From the NCBI GenBank assembly GCA_030390025.1, contig CM059432.1:148182001-148246000 (forward strand): DNA of 64,000 nucleotides, read 5' to 3'. The stretch comes from Squalus acanthias (Eukaryota). Shown piece after piece: positions 50,108 through 62,814 of the stretch. Positions within the stretch are counted from its first letter, which is position 1. Each line of letters starts with the position of its first letter. The position numbers and the translations under genes were made by a program. The notes below the pieces were generated by a model. It ran no database searches and was not told the origin of the DNA. It saw only the letters and a list, made by a program, of their open reading frames with translations.

Positions 50108-50622
50108 TTGGAATACTCTCCTCTTGCCTGGATGAGCGCAGCTCCAACAACACTCAAGAAGCTCGACACCATCCAGGACAAAGCAGCCCGCTTGATTGGC
50201 ACCCCATCCACCACCTTAAACATTCACTCCCTCCACCACCGGCGCACCGTGGCTGCAGTGTGCACCATCTACAAGATGCACAGCAGCAACTCGCCAAGGC
50301 TTCTTCGGCAGCACCTCCCAAACCCGCGACCTCTACCAACTAGAAGGACAAGGGCAGCAGGTGCATGGGAACACCACCACCTGCAAGTTCCCCTCCAAGT
50401 CACACACCATTCTGACTTGGAAATATATCGGCCGATCCTTCATCGTTGCTGGGTCAAAATCCTGGAACTCCCTCCCTAACAGCACTGTGGGAGCACCTTC
50501 ACCACACGGACTGCAGCGGTTCAAGAAGGCGGCTCACCACCACCTTCTCAAGGGCAATTAGGGATGGGCAATAAATGCTGGCCTTACCAGCGACGCCCAC
50601 ATCCCATAAACAATTTTTTTTT
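50108..50622 (+). mobile_element. Second CR1-group LINE 3' end
   Basis: EYSPLAWMSAAPTTLKKLD. Confidence 0.9.
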
Positions 50623-51044
50623 AAACTGCTGTGGTGGCCCGCCTGGCCTGCATGCTATCTGGGATATTGTGAGTCATTTCCGCAGGGCTTTTATGTACAA
50701 AGGTAGTGGCATCGACCTGAGAGACAGCTCCGGCATCCGTTCCAACTCCTACCATTCCTCTGTTGTTGGGCACAGATCACTGGGTAGCGATGAAGTTGTG
50801 CATTAAGGTTTTTTGAATCAATTCCCTCACCCGTGTTCAAATGGTATCAGAGACTATTGTATTTTGGAGCCCAAGGTGTCTGTAGCCCCGGTCATATCAC
50901 TCATTAGTGAAATTGTACTGAGACTTGAGTCTCTATCCCTGGGCTCAGCGGCTGGAAGAGGACATCAATGGGTCCTCTGAATAACAAGATTCTGCTCCTT
51001 GACTGACATCTCCACTTCCTTCTCCTCATTCAGGCTTCCTCAAG

Positions 51045-51212
51045 CGTCAACTCTTGGCTCAGTGGGCAGCACTCTCACCTCTGAGTGAGAAGGTTGTGGG
51101 TTCAAGTCTCACGCCAGGGACTTAAGCACATAATCTACTCTGACACACCCAGTGCAGTACTGAGGGAGTGCTGCACTGTCAGAGGTGCCATCTTTCAGCT
51201 AAGACATTAAAT
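51045..51212 (+). mobile_element. Partial DeuSINE (head and core)
   Basis: tggctcagtgg, ggttcaagtc, gtgctgcactgtcagaggtgcc. Confidence 0.8.
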
Positions 51213-51906
51213 GATCTGCCCCAGTTTTGATTTACCTCCCCCTGTCCCTGGCAGGACCACCTTTTGCCACATGATGTCTCCCGTCTGCCCCAATTACCAC
51301 CACTCTCTGCGACTGCCTGGTGGAGGATGGCGGTAAGTACAGGGTTGCAGCAGTAATGACTTCAATTTCTTCCGATGAAGGAAGAGGTGCCGAGTAGAGG
51401 CCTCCTCTCCCCCCAGTCTGGCCATCTGTCTCTGCCTAGGTCTAGAAAAGCTGCAGCTACTTCCGACCTCTCCTGCCCATTTAACATTCATTCTGCTTCT
51501 TCAGGCACTGCAGCAGTATCTCCACTGTAGCGCTGCTGGATGTCCCTCCTTTGCGCTGGCAGTGGGAATCCCATCTGGCCCACTGTGTATGTTAGAATGG
51601 GTCGGGTTGGGCAGAGATGCAGGGCGTATTGGAAGCCCCACCCACTACCTCTACTCCATCTCTAAAAGGAAAACCCAGCACTCTATGCTTAAACTGGCAG
51701 ATAGCAGGTATGAGTCTAGTACAGCACAAGTTGTTGGAATATCTAACCTCCTGAAGCAAATTCCCAACTCTGCTTCACTCCAAGATGGAGAGCGTGTCTG
51801 TGTATGTGCAAGCCTGAGAAGGTCTGAGCATCCATTGCATGATATCAGATTAACTTGGCTGGCAGGCTTTGTTCACATCTACCGTTGCGTCATCAACCAA
51901 ATTAAA

Positions 51907-52166
51907 TTTTTGATGTAATGTTTTCCTGACTGACCTGTTTGGACACCATCCACACCTTTGATTGCCGTGATTATCTCTCTGCCGAGGTGTGATAAAGGGC
52001 AGTTAGAAAGATTAACTGTAATCATCTGGCAGTGTTCTCTGACTATATATGCTGTGCCTATATGCATCTCTTCACTTCACCTGACGAAGGAGCAGCGCTC
52101 CGAAAGCTTGTGATTTCAAATAAAGCTGTTGGACTATAACCTGGTGTTGTGCGACTTCTCACATTT
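51907..52166 (+). mobile_element. Penelope-like family A 3' UTR insertion
   Basis: Near-identical to 63101-63358; TSD aaccaaattaaa. Confidence 0.88.
52077..52113 (+). ncRNA. Minimal type I hammerhead ribozyme motif (family A)
   Basis: tcac CTGACGA a GGAGC agc GCTCC GAA AGCT T gtga. Confidence 0.78.
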
Positions 52167-52710
52167 AACCAAATTAAAGGAAGAACTGTAACAAGTGGAG
52201 ACTTCCCAATGCTTTCTGACCATGAATGGACGAGAGATCATCGGGTGCCTGCCCACAATTCTTCCAAGTGCAGCCTCAGCAGGTGAGGCTCCATGCCAGG
52301 AGTGTGCATTTGTGAAATTTACCTTAAAGTGTCAGGCTCACACTAATAAGTAGGCATTTCTTTCATTGACAAAGCAAGGTGAAGGGCCGAGGCCTGTCCT
52401 GTCCTGCAGGGCATCACCAAAGTCGAAAAGAGTAAAGGAGATGAGGTAAATAAGGCGGAGGCCTCAAGCTGGAACAAGAGGGAGTGCAGCAGGCCGAGTC
52501 ATCAAGCTGAGGTAGCAAGAGCAGAGCGAGCTGCTGCTATAGAGTGGGAGAGGCAGCTTTAAGGTGATGCAGCTGGCTCTCCAAGTTCTGATCCCGCTGC
52601 TTTACAGATAAAAAGTTGACTTTAGTATTTGGGGGTGGGGTGGGGGGGGAACCATCTTATCTGGCAACGGTATTGTGAATCCCCATTAATGGATGAGAGA
52701 CCATAGGGTG

Positions 52711-52939
52711 TGACGTTAGAAAACTACTAGGCACTTGGTCTAAGCGTTAAACAAAGCTTTAATCAACTGTTTTACAACATGGAGATCTAGTTGTGTCCTT
52801 CACTAGTTCCTGTTAAAGAATGTCCTGAGCAAGCTGGGCCCATGCCCGAGTATTTATACTCTCACTGGACAGCGCCACCAGCAGGCCGCCCAGTATTATT
52901 TCATAAGTCATTTCCACATGAATGACAAGATTCATATCA
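52711..52939 (-). mobile_element. Solo LTR, second copy
   Basis: Reverse complement of 11655-11881; TG..CA ends; TSD gggtg. Confidence 0.88.
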
Positions 52940-53224
52940 GGGTGCATGCCCACAATTCTTCAGGTCACCCTGTATCTATGTCGCACCGTCCAGCCCTGGG
53001 TCTTGAGCCCTGAGATCGTTATCACCTGTTTGACACTGGGGCTAAAGCCACCACCCAAACTTGTGATCCTCACACCTGGTCACAGTTCTGCACACCTGGG
53101 CCCGTGCCCAGCGACTGCAGTGGGTCCATCCTCCTCTCACTAGCACAGCCATGTGGCAGCAATGGATGGAAAAAATACTAAAAATATAAATATAATTCCC
53201 CCTCTATTCTCCCTCCTTATTTTT

Positions 53225-54770
53225 CTTTATTCATTCACGGGATGTGGGCATCGCTGGCAAGGCCAGCATTTATTGCCCATCCCTAGTTGCCCTCGAGAAG
53301 GTGGTGGTGAGCCGCCTTCTTGAACCGCTGCAGTCCGTGTGGTGAAGGTACTCCCACAGTGCTGTTAGGGAGGAAGTTCCAGGATTTTGACCCAGCGACG
53401 ATGAAGGATCGGTGATATACTTCCAAGTCAGGACAGTGTGTGACTTGGAGGGGAACTTGGTGGCGTTCCCATGCACCTGCTGCCTTTGTCTTTCTAGGTG
53501 GAAGAGGTCGTGGGTTTGGGAGGTGCTGCTGAAGGAGCCTTGGCGAGTTGCTGCAGTGCATCTTGTAGATGGTACACACTGCAGCCACGGTGCACCGGTG
53601 ATGGAGGGAGTGAATGTTTAAGGTGGTGGTTGGGGTGCCAATCAAGCGGGCTGCTTTGTCCTGGATGGTGTCGAGCTTCTTGAGTGTTGTTGGAGCTGCA
53701 CTCATCCAGGCAAGTGGAGAGTATTCCATCACACTCCTTACTTGTGCCTTGTAGATGGTGAAAAGGCTTTGGGGAGTCAGGAGGTGAGACACTCGCCGCA
53801 GAATACCCAGCCTCTGACCTGCTCTTGTTGCCACAGTATTTATGTGGCTGGTCCAGTTAAGTTTCTGGTCAATGGTGACCCCCAGGATGTTGATGGTGGG
53901 GGATTCGGCGATGGTAATGCCATTGAATGTCAAGGGAAGGTGGTTAGACTCTCGCTTGTTGGAGATAGTCATTGTCTGGCACTTGTGTGACGTGAATGTT
54001 ACTTGCCACTTATCAGCCCAAGCCTGAATGTCGTCCAGGTCTTGTTGCATGCGGGCATGGACTGCTTCATTATCTGAGGAGTTGCAAATGGCACTGAACA
54101 CTGTGCAGTCATCAGCGAACATCCCCATTTTTGACTTTATGTTGGAGGGAAGGTCATTGATGAAGCAGCTGAAGATGGTTGGGCCTAAGACACTGTCCTG
54201 AGGAACTCCTGCAGCGATGTCCTGGGGCTGTGATGATTGACCTTCAATCACCACAACCATCTTCCTTTGTGCTAGGTATGACTCCAGCCAGTGGAGAGTT
54301 TTCCCCTCGATTCCCATTGACTTCAGTTCTACTAGGGCTCCTTGATGCCACACTCGGTCAAATGCTGCCTTGATGTCAAGGGCAGTCACTCTCACCTCAC
54401 CTCTAGAATTCAGCTCCTTTGTCCATGTTTGGACCAAGGCTGTAATGAGGTCTGGAGCCGAGTGGTCCTGGCGGAACCCGAACTGAGCATCAGTGAGCAG
54501 GTTATTGGTGAGTAAGTGCCACTTGATAGCACTGTCGACGACACCTTCCATCACTTTGCTGATGATTGAGAGTAGACTGATGGGGCGGTAATTGGCCGGA
54601 TTGAATTTGTCCTGCTTTTTGTGGACAGGACATACCTGAGCAGTTTTCCACATTGTCGGGTAGATGCCAGTGTTGTAGCTGTACTGGAACAGCTTGGCTA
54701 GAGGCGCGGCTAGTTCTGGAGCACAAGTCTTCAGCACGACAGCCGGGATGTTGTCAGGGCCCACAGCCTT
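53225..54770 (-). mobile_element. Second CR1-group LINE, 5'-truncated, RT domain open
   Basis: ORF 53283-54794: NYRPISLLS, QFGFR, ALDIKAAFD, GVPQDSVLGP, MFADD; clade not resolved. Confidence 0.93.
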
Positions 54771-55106
54771 GGATTTGCAGTAGCATTGTTTCACTTGTTA
54801 CATGAAGCCATATAGAGGCTGACTGGCCTCCTGATTTAGCTTCTCACCTCACACAAGGCTCCAGAGCTTTTCATTCACAGTAAAGTCTTCTTTCTCTATG
54901 TTCATGAGATGTGGACACCTTCCCCTACCGCACGGCAAAAATAGTTAACAGCTGAAGGCCCTTGTCCTGGCCTAGCTTGGCCTACCAGCGCTCCATTCTG
55001 AGAAAAACCTGATTAAATTAGCTTCAGTTCAGTCATCCTCACCAATGTTCATCAATTAGCACCTTGGGCAGCAGTGGCTAGGTTATCAGTTTCACATTTG
55101 TATCAG

Positions 55107-55225
55107 CCAGTATTTAACAATGAGAAAAGTTTATATCGTCCAGTATTTAACAATGAGAAAAGTTTATATCGTCCAGTATTTAACAATGAGAAAAGTTTAT
55201 ATCGTCCAGTATTTAACAATGAAAA
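55107..55225. repeat. 33-bp tandem repeat, ~3.6 copies
   Basis: ccagtatttaacaatgagaaaagtttatatcgt. Confidence 0.95.
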
Positions 55226-55563
55226 CACAAGAAATAAAGACTGTTTGCACTTAATGTTCTGATTAATGAAGTCATCTTGCGTGTTTAGCTAAGTTGCTTT
55301 GTCAAAATTATTCTTCACAAAATAACTCGAGATCTGGATTTGGAAATGTTAGAGTGGTTCGCCATCTATTGGAGAGAGAAAGAAAGTGCAAGAGAATGAG
55401 GAGTTAACGTTTCTGCTGCAGAGTGCGGTCGGCACACTGATGACACTGCCCCCTTTTAGCAGCCATGACAGACGACTGAGTGCGACTTCCTTTCCGATTT
55501 CTTCACAACTCAAGAGTCGGGTGCCATGGGGATGAGCCATACTTTGCTCTTTGTTCCCTGACA

Positions 55564-56014
55564 GTGTCAGCTGTGGCTCAGTGGGTAGCACACTCCCCTC
55601 TGAGCTCTGGGTCAGAAAATTGTGGGGTTCAAATCCCACCCCAGAGACTTGAGCCCATGAAAAACTAGGCTGACACTCCAGTGCCAGTACTGAGGGAGTG
55701 CTGCACTGTCGAGGTGCCGTCTTTCGGATGGGACGTTAAACCGAGGCCCCGTCTGCTCTCTCAGGAGGGCGTAAAAGATCCCACGGCCACTATTTTGAAG
55801 AAGAGCAGGGGAGTTATCCTCAGTGTACTGGCCAATATTTATCCCTCAACCAACATAACAGATTATCTGGTCATTATCACATTGCTGTTTGTGGGAGCTT
55901 GCTGTGCGCAAATTGGCTGCCATGATTCCAACAGTTCAAAAATACTTCATTGGCTGTAAAGCGCTTCGAGGTGGTCGTGGAAGGCGCTATATAAATGCAA
56001 GTCTTTCTTTCTTT
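55564..56014 (+). mobile_element. Full-length DeuSINE-type SINE
   Basis: A box, B box ggttcaaatcc, Deu-type core, (cttt)n tail. Confidence 0.87.
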
Positions 56015-56120
56015 ATATGTATCTGTATATATTTTATATATGTACGGGCATATATTATACATATGTGTATATATGCACATATGTAAACATGTAGATATAA
56101 TATATATATATACATATATT
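56015..56120. repeat. Degenerate (TA)n-rich microsatellite
   Basis: Direct reading. Confidence 0.85.
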
Positions 56121-57445
56121 ACATAGAAGTTACAGCACAGTAAGAGGCCATTCGGCCCAACTATTCCGTGCCGATGTTTATGCTCCACACGAGCCTCCTC
56201 CCACCTCTCTTCATCTCACCCTATCAGCATATCCTTCGATTCATTTCTCCTTCATCTAGTTTTCCCTTAAATGCATCTATGCTCTTCACCTCAATGACTC
56301 CATGTGGTAGCCTCGCCACGCTCTCAGTAAAAAGGTTTCTCTTGTATTCTCCTGTATGGTCTCTAGTTCTGGTCTCCCCCACAAGTGGAAACATTTTCTC
56401 TACGTCTACCCTATCAAACCCTTTCATCATTTTAAAATCCTCGATCAGGCCACCTCTCAGCCTTCTTTTTTTCTAGAGAAAAGAGCCCCCGCCTGTTCAG
56501 TCTTTCCAGATAGTTAGAACCTCTCAGTTCTGGAATCATCCTTGTAAATCTTTTTTGTACCTGCTCCAGTGCCTTTAATATGGTTTCTCTATTATAGAGA
56601 CCAGAACTGTGCACGGTAACTCCAAGTGTGGTCTAATCAAGGCTCGACTAATGTTTAACAGAACCTTTCTGCTTTTGAATTCTATCCCTCTGGAAATGGT
56701 CCCCAGTGCTTTGTTTATGGCTTTGTTAACCTGCATTGCTACGTTTAGTGATTTGTGAATCTGTACCCCTAGATCCCTTTTCTCCTCTACCCCATTTAGA
56801 ATCTGATTTTCCATGGAGTGGTGGCCTCCTTACTTCTACCAAGATGCACCATCTCGCGCCTATATAAATTGAAATTCATTGGCCATTTACATGCCCATTC
56901 TGCAAATTTGTTAATGTCTTATTTTATCGCAGACTTCCTCACTATTAACTATACTCCCCAATTTGGTGCAAACCTCACATTTTGTTTTGTATTCCTGATT
57001 CCCGAGTCCAAATCATTTATATAAATGGTGACCAACAGTGGTCCCAGCACCGATCCCTGTGGAACATCACTTCCCACCTTCCATCAGTCTGAGTAACTAC
57101 CTTTAACCCCTAGGCCTAGAACTTGGTTGAGACCCAGAAACGGGCATGGGTATGGCAATGTGCGACTACCCCACGCCCATTCCTCCCGATGCAGGCAGTA
57201 CGCTAACTTGGTGCTGCCTGTTAATCTAAACAACAGCAGCAGACAGCCCAGCGCTAAATGTGCTGTTGAGTGGCTGCACCCCCTCAGCAGGGGACCCAAG
57301 TTCGTGCGAGGCTAGCACCAATTAAAGCTAGCCTGCACTTCTTAAAGCCAGCCTGCACCTCGTAAAGAGGGGGGGGGTGCATTCTGGCTGTAGCAGGTAC
57401 TGGGAGTCATTGTAGAGGAGTGTGTGACCTACAGGAAGAGTGAAG

Positions 57446-59705
57446 ATGTTGCAACATGGCAGAGAGAAGGATCCCAGGTTTTCTGATGCTGCACTGGAGG
57501 CCCTGGTACAGGAGGTGGACAGGAGGACAGGTGTCCTCTATCCACAGGGGGGCAGGAGGCCCTCCAGACACACGCTGAGAAGGGAATGGGAGAAGATAAC
57601 CGTCACTGTCAATGCAAGCAGTGCAGCCCCAAGGACCTGGAAGCAGTGCAGGAAGAAGTTTAATGACCTCACACGAGTGGTCAAGGTCAGTGAATTCATC
57701 TTCAAATACCATATCCCACCATCTGCACCTCCTGCCTCACACACTGTTCAATGCAACACACCCCCATCACTCACCTACCAACAATCTCTACCAAACACGA
57801 CTCATACCTCACATTCATAGCTTCACCTCACCCGCACACACTTACCACTGCTGCAAGCCTCACACCCACATCTCACAGCTTGCACACACTGTCAGCTATT
57901 CAACCATGACAGGTACATCACCCAAACACATTGCACCACACTCACTGACATACTTCACCCAAACACATTGCACCGCACTCACTGACACACTTCACCCAAA
58001 CACATTGCACCACACTCACTGACACACTTCACCCAAACACATTGCACCACACTCACTGACACACATCACCCAAACACATTGCACCACACTCACTGACACA
58101 CTTCACCCAAACACATTGCACCACATTCACTGACACACACATCACCCAAACACATTGCACCACACTCACTGACACACACATCACCCAAACACATTGCACC
58201 ACACTCACTGACACACTTCACCCAAACACATTACACCACACTCACTGACACACTTCACCCAAACACATTACACCACACTCACTGACACACTTCACCCAAA
58301 CACATTGCACCACACTCACTGACACACACTTCACCCAAACACATTGCACTACACTCACTGACACACTTCCCGTTCTCTTGCAGGACAAGGTGGCGCCCAA
58401 TCGGCAGCAGCAGGACCTAACCGGCAGGGGACAGGCACACCTGCATGACCGAACTCCCATGGAGAACACGGTGTTGGAGATAATTGGAACGGCCATCGCT
58501 GAGCCCAGGACTGAAACAATACAAGATGACAGTATCCTCATACCTAATCCTGCTTCTCATAGCCCTCTTCCCCCTCATCCCACAATCTGTTCTGATTTAC
58601 AAGCTGCAGGTGGTGTAAGCATGCACCTCTTGCTTTCACCCCGTCCCCTCACCAAAACCCTACCCTTGTGCCTTTCTCCTTTCAGATAGACATGAACTGC
58701 AACCAGGCCAGGCAATGGTGGAGGAGCAGGAAGGGCAAGAGGAAGACACAGCATCGTCATTCAATTTCACACTCGCAGCCATCTCAGATACTGACATTCT
58801 GTGTAGTTTAGAGAATAGGTTAGACGCAGGATCAGCACATGGTGAGACACCAGGCACGAGTGGGCTGCAGCCAGAGCAAAGGGAAAGGGTAGTGCAGGAG
58901 CCAGATCCTCAGAGGGCGAGGTCGCACACGAGTTCTGCTGCACAGGACTCAGATGAGGACTTAGATGGGGCAGCCTACAGAAGAAGGCTGATGGGTATGC
59001 ACAATGAAATGCTTGGTGCATCAGCAGGCCTGCCAGAAAGCTTAAGTTCAATGTCAAGGAGCATTGAGGAGTCCGGCACCAACCTTGCACAGGGCTTTGC
59101 TCAGAGCTTGGAGCCCATCCTTTCCAGCATGGAAGTGACGGCCAACTTCATTAACGCACTTGTGGACCCAACCATGAGGCAACGTCTGATGGCCGATGTC
59201 TCAGCTTCCATTGCAGCACAAGCAGAAGCCACCCAACATCTGGTGCTGCAGTGGAAGCTCAGACTGCAAGCACATGCAAGCACAGACTGCTGCCATCATA
59301 GCTGCGGATACCAGTGTTCAAAGGGGCTTGTAGGGTGTCACAGCAGTCCAGCAATCTGTCTTCCAACTGATTACTAGGATTCCTGAGGTGCCGTCCAGGG
59401 GTAGTGGCCATGTAGGGCAGGAACCTGCTGTCCTCTCTCAGGATAACAGCATTCGTGTTCCCACCACTGCCACCCTGCCAGTGCCCTTGCTGTTGCCTGT
59501 CAGCCAGCCAGCCCAGACTGCTGCCGCCCATGCCGAATTGGTACAGTCCGCAGCTGGGCCTTCTAGGCCCAGAGCTGCTCGAGGTCGTCCTGCAAGGCCA
59601 TCTGCAGTCTTCCCAACTGAAAGTCAGCAGCCTTCCACCAGCCATGCTGCAGCCACTGGGGTAGCACTACGTAGGAGCATGTGGATAGGCAAAGATAGGC
59701 ACTAA
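57446..59705 (+). pseudogene. Myb/SANT-like gene, exons 57446-57685, 58384-58531, 58686-59705
   Basis: PRFSDAALEALVQEV..W..RTWKQCRKKFNDLTRVVK; exon 3 frameshifted. Confidence 0.9.
57916..58368. repeat. 37/39-bp minisatellite (~12 units) in Myb intron 1
   Basis: cacccaaacacattgcaccacactcactgacacactt; reverse complement of the 2684-4018 unit. Confidence 0.97.
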
Positions 59706-59899
59706 GGGAATGCACAACGGTGATTAGTTGACTATGTTATGTAATATTGGATGGATTGATGTATAAAGTTGGTTTGGAATGTTTTGTTTTGTGGCGGCTT
59801 TTATTGTAGCATTGTGGCCAAGAGGACACTGTGATGGTCCATAACAGAGGGAAGGTAAGGTGTGGGACTGTGGGTGAATGTGGAATTGGGGTTGCATTT

Positions 59900-60197
59900 A
59901 CTGGTACTGCAGTCAGATCAGTTGATCATGGGCAGCCCGGCCAGAAAGGGGCTATCTTGGTTGTCTCATCCCGTCCTCCTCCTCCTCCTTTTCCTCCTCT
60001 TCCTCCTCCTCCACCTCCTCAGCTCTTCGTCATATACCTGGTGGCAAGGGCTTTGCCCTCACGATGGCGAAGTTGTGCAGCATTCTGCAGACCACGACAA
60101 ATCACGAGACGTGCTCTGGTGAGTACGGCTGGGCTCCTCCTGAGTAATCCAGGCAGTGGAAGCCTTGTTTAAGGACCCCAATGGTCGGCTCGATCAA
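59900..60197 (-). pseudogene. C-terminal remnant of Harbinger transposase
   Basis: IEPTIGVLKQ..CRMLHNFA, acidic tail; rest deleted. Confidence 0.8.
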
Positions 60198-60848
60198 TGA
60201 GGTCGAAAATGGCAGCTCTGGAGTCAAATCAGTGTTACACGCTGACTGATGTCACGACCTGTGAACTCTGCATACTTCCGATGCGCACTCCCAGCACCTG
60301 TGCAAGCGACCTCACCAAAATGGCGTCCGGTGTGGCCCGCACCAGAAGTGTGCACGCGTGGCACGGTCCCCATTTTGGGCGCTGCGGAGCCGAATTTCGC
60401 AACCCTGCTCTCTGTTTTCTGTTTTATAGCCAATTTGCTATCCATTCTGCTACTTGTCCCCTGACTCTACATGGTCTGACCTTAGTCATACGTTTACTAT
60501 GCGGTACCTTATTGAAGGCCTTTTGAAAATCTAAGTATATTATAACCACTGCATTACCCTTGTCTACTCTTCCTGTTACTTTTTAAAAGAATTCAATAAG
60601 GTTGGTATATTACACACACACAGTGGTAGATTTCTGAGTTCTTCAGGTGGGCTATCACCCCCATTAGGCGCTTGGACCAGAAATCCACAACAGCAGGCTT
60701 GGAGTCCTGAGTTGGTCAGGTAATTGTTTGAGTTTTGAAAATGATGAAAGTCAGTCTCATAGACCCGTCTGAATCTGGTTCAAGCTCATTAGCATAATTA
60801 TTCACAACTCCAAGTGCAAACTCAGATGAGTCGAAGGATAACAACAAG

Positions 60849-61323
60849 AAAGGTCAGGCAGCATCTGTGGAGAGAGAAACAGCCTTCTGGACTCAACATC
60901 GAGTTCAACAATTTCAGACCATAACCTCTGCCCCATCTTTGTTTTTCATTTTTTTTCTCTCTCTCTCACATGGCAGCTGTCTTTCATTCTGCCATTTACA
61001 CTTCATCTAGAGTCATCTTTTGTTTCTTAACTTGTCCCATTACCATCTCCTTTTGCCTCGCACCATCATCCCTTTTGTCTCTTAATCTGCATCCTATCAC
61101 AGACCTTCCCTTTTGTTCTTTCCTCCCCTCCCCCCTTTCCCTGCCCCTACACTTGCTTAAAAACCTCTTCCATCTCCAACTTTTTCCAGTTCTGACGAAG
61201 GGTCATCGACCTGAAACGTTAACTCTGTTTCTCTCTCCACAGATGCTGCCTGACCTGCTGAGTATTTCCAGCATTTTCTGTTTTTATTTCAGATTTCCAG
61301 CATCCGCAGTATTTTGCTTTTGT
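60849..61323 (+). mobile_element. Penelope-like family B insertion with short inverted 5' arm
   Basis: Inverted arm 60851-60882; PSGLNIEFNNFRP* (GIY-YIG-type C-terminus); TSD ataacaacaag. Confidence 0.88.
61188..61224 (+). ncRNA. Minimal type I hammerhead ribozyme motif (family B)
   Basis: agtt CTGACGA a GGGTC atc GACCT GAA ACGT T aact. Confidence 0.78.
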
Positions 61324-61451
61324 ATAACAACAAGCACTTGCATATATATAGCACATTTAACGTGGAATGATATCCCAAGGCACTTCACAGATCTGTAATA
61401 AGATTTTTAAAATAGATGCCAAGAAAAGAAGATATGAAGAGGATTGATAAC

Positions 61452-62215
61452 GGCCCAGAAATTGGACTTCGATGGTTGCCGCGGGGGTAAGGATCCCCCG
61501 CGATATCGCACTCCGCGCCTGCCTTTATGGTTTTGGCCCACACGAACTTCAGTTCCTGGGCCTCTCCCTGGTGCCGGCGCGCAGTGTGTGCGTGTCCCAG
61601 AGGCGCAGTTAGTTCGATGCGACCTCTGGGATCACGTGGGCCAGTTAGAGCCAATGGCAGCACACCATCTTTCATTCATAGTTTTGACAGGAAGAGCTGT
61701 CAAAACTAAGAATACAACAAGCCCCCAAAAGAACAGCTAAACCTCAATTAAATTTTTTTAAAAACCATCACATTAATAAAATAACTATAGTTAAATAAAT
61801 TAACCACTTTAAACAAAAATTTAAATTTTTGAAAAAATTTAAATTCTTTTTAAAAGTTATAAAAATAAACTTACCTTTCTTTAAAGTCTCTAAAAAAGAT
61901 AAACCTGTTGAAAAAATTTAAAATAATACTTAATTAACTACTTACCTTGTTAAAAGGGGGTCTTACGCCTCCTTTCTTCATGTGTAAAATCTTCAATACT
62001 TACCTGCGCGTTCAAACCTGAAAAAAAAACTAAGTGTGCTGCGTGCGCGCAGCCTGTAGTGCGCACGCAGTTCACTTAGGAACCGCCCCCTTCGCAATAT
62101 CAGAAGTGCCGGTTTCCCGCGCATGCGCAGTGCATGCAGGAAACCGGCACTTCGGGACCGAATATGGGTGAGTACACAGTGCGTACTCTCCCGTATTCGG
62201 ACGAATTTCTGGGCC
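61452..62215 (+). mobile_element. GGCCC-ended MITE copy c (764 bp, sister subfamily)
   Basis: TIR ggcccagaaatt/aatttctgggcc; TSD aac. Confidence 0.92.
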
Positions 62216-62777
62216 AACAGCTTGGCCAAAGAGGTTGATTTTAAGGAGGGTCTTAAAGGAAGAGAGTGGATTAGGAATGGAATTTCAGAGCATGGGGGTC
62301 AAGCTGGCTGAAGACAAGACCACCAATGGTGGAGTGAAGAGAGGGATGGATGCACAAGGGGGAGGAGTCAGAGGAACAGAGAGTTCCAGGGAGCTTGTAG
62401 AACTAGAGGTGATTACAGGGATAGGGAGCAGCAATGCCATAAAGGGAATTAAACATGAGGGTGAGAATTTTAAATTTGGGGCATGGTGGGGACCGGGAGC
62501 CAATGTAGGTCAGCGAGGTCAGGGGTGATGGGTGAGCGAGACTTGGTGCAGGATAGGATACCGACAGCAGAGTTTTGGATGAAGTGAAGTTTACTGAGGC
62601 TGAGGAATTGGAGGCCGGGGTAGCATCGGAATAGTCAACTCTGGAAGTGACAAAGGCGTGGATGAGAGTTTCAGCAGCAAATATGCTGCAGTAGGATTGG
62701 AGCCGGGTGATGTGACATTGATATAATTAGGAGAAGTCGCACAACACCAGGTTATAGTCCAACAGTTTTATTTGAAA

Positions 62778-62814
62778 TCAAAAGCTTTCGGAGCGCTGCT
62801 CCTTCGTCAGGTGA
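62778..62814 (-). ncRNA. Hammerhead motif (family A) in the inverted arm, one stem I mismatch
   Basis: Reverse complement of the 63269 motif. Confidence 0.65.

Larger units (their letters stand above)
57113..60404. mobile_element. PIF/Harbinger copy 4, internal-deletion derivative
   Basis: Degenerate TIRs ggcctagaacttgg / ccgaatttcgcaacc; flanks cta/ctg. Confidence 0.88.
56121..60606 (-). mobile_element. CR1 (56121-57112 and 60405-60606) split by Harbinger copy 4
   Basis: Both flanks match contiguous CR1 sequence near 12060-12310. Confidence 0.85.

Noticed and set aside
55074..55262. ORF with an 11-aa repeat
   Set aside because: Simple 33-bp tandem repeat with no splice or homology support
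61996..62006. U1 snRNA 5' end ATACTTACCTG
   Set aside because: The match stops after 11 nt; better read as an antisense splice donor in a MITE
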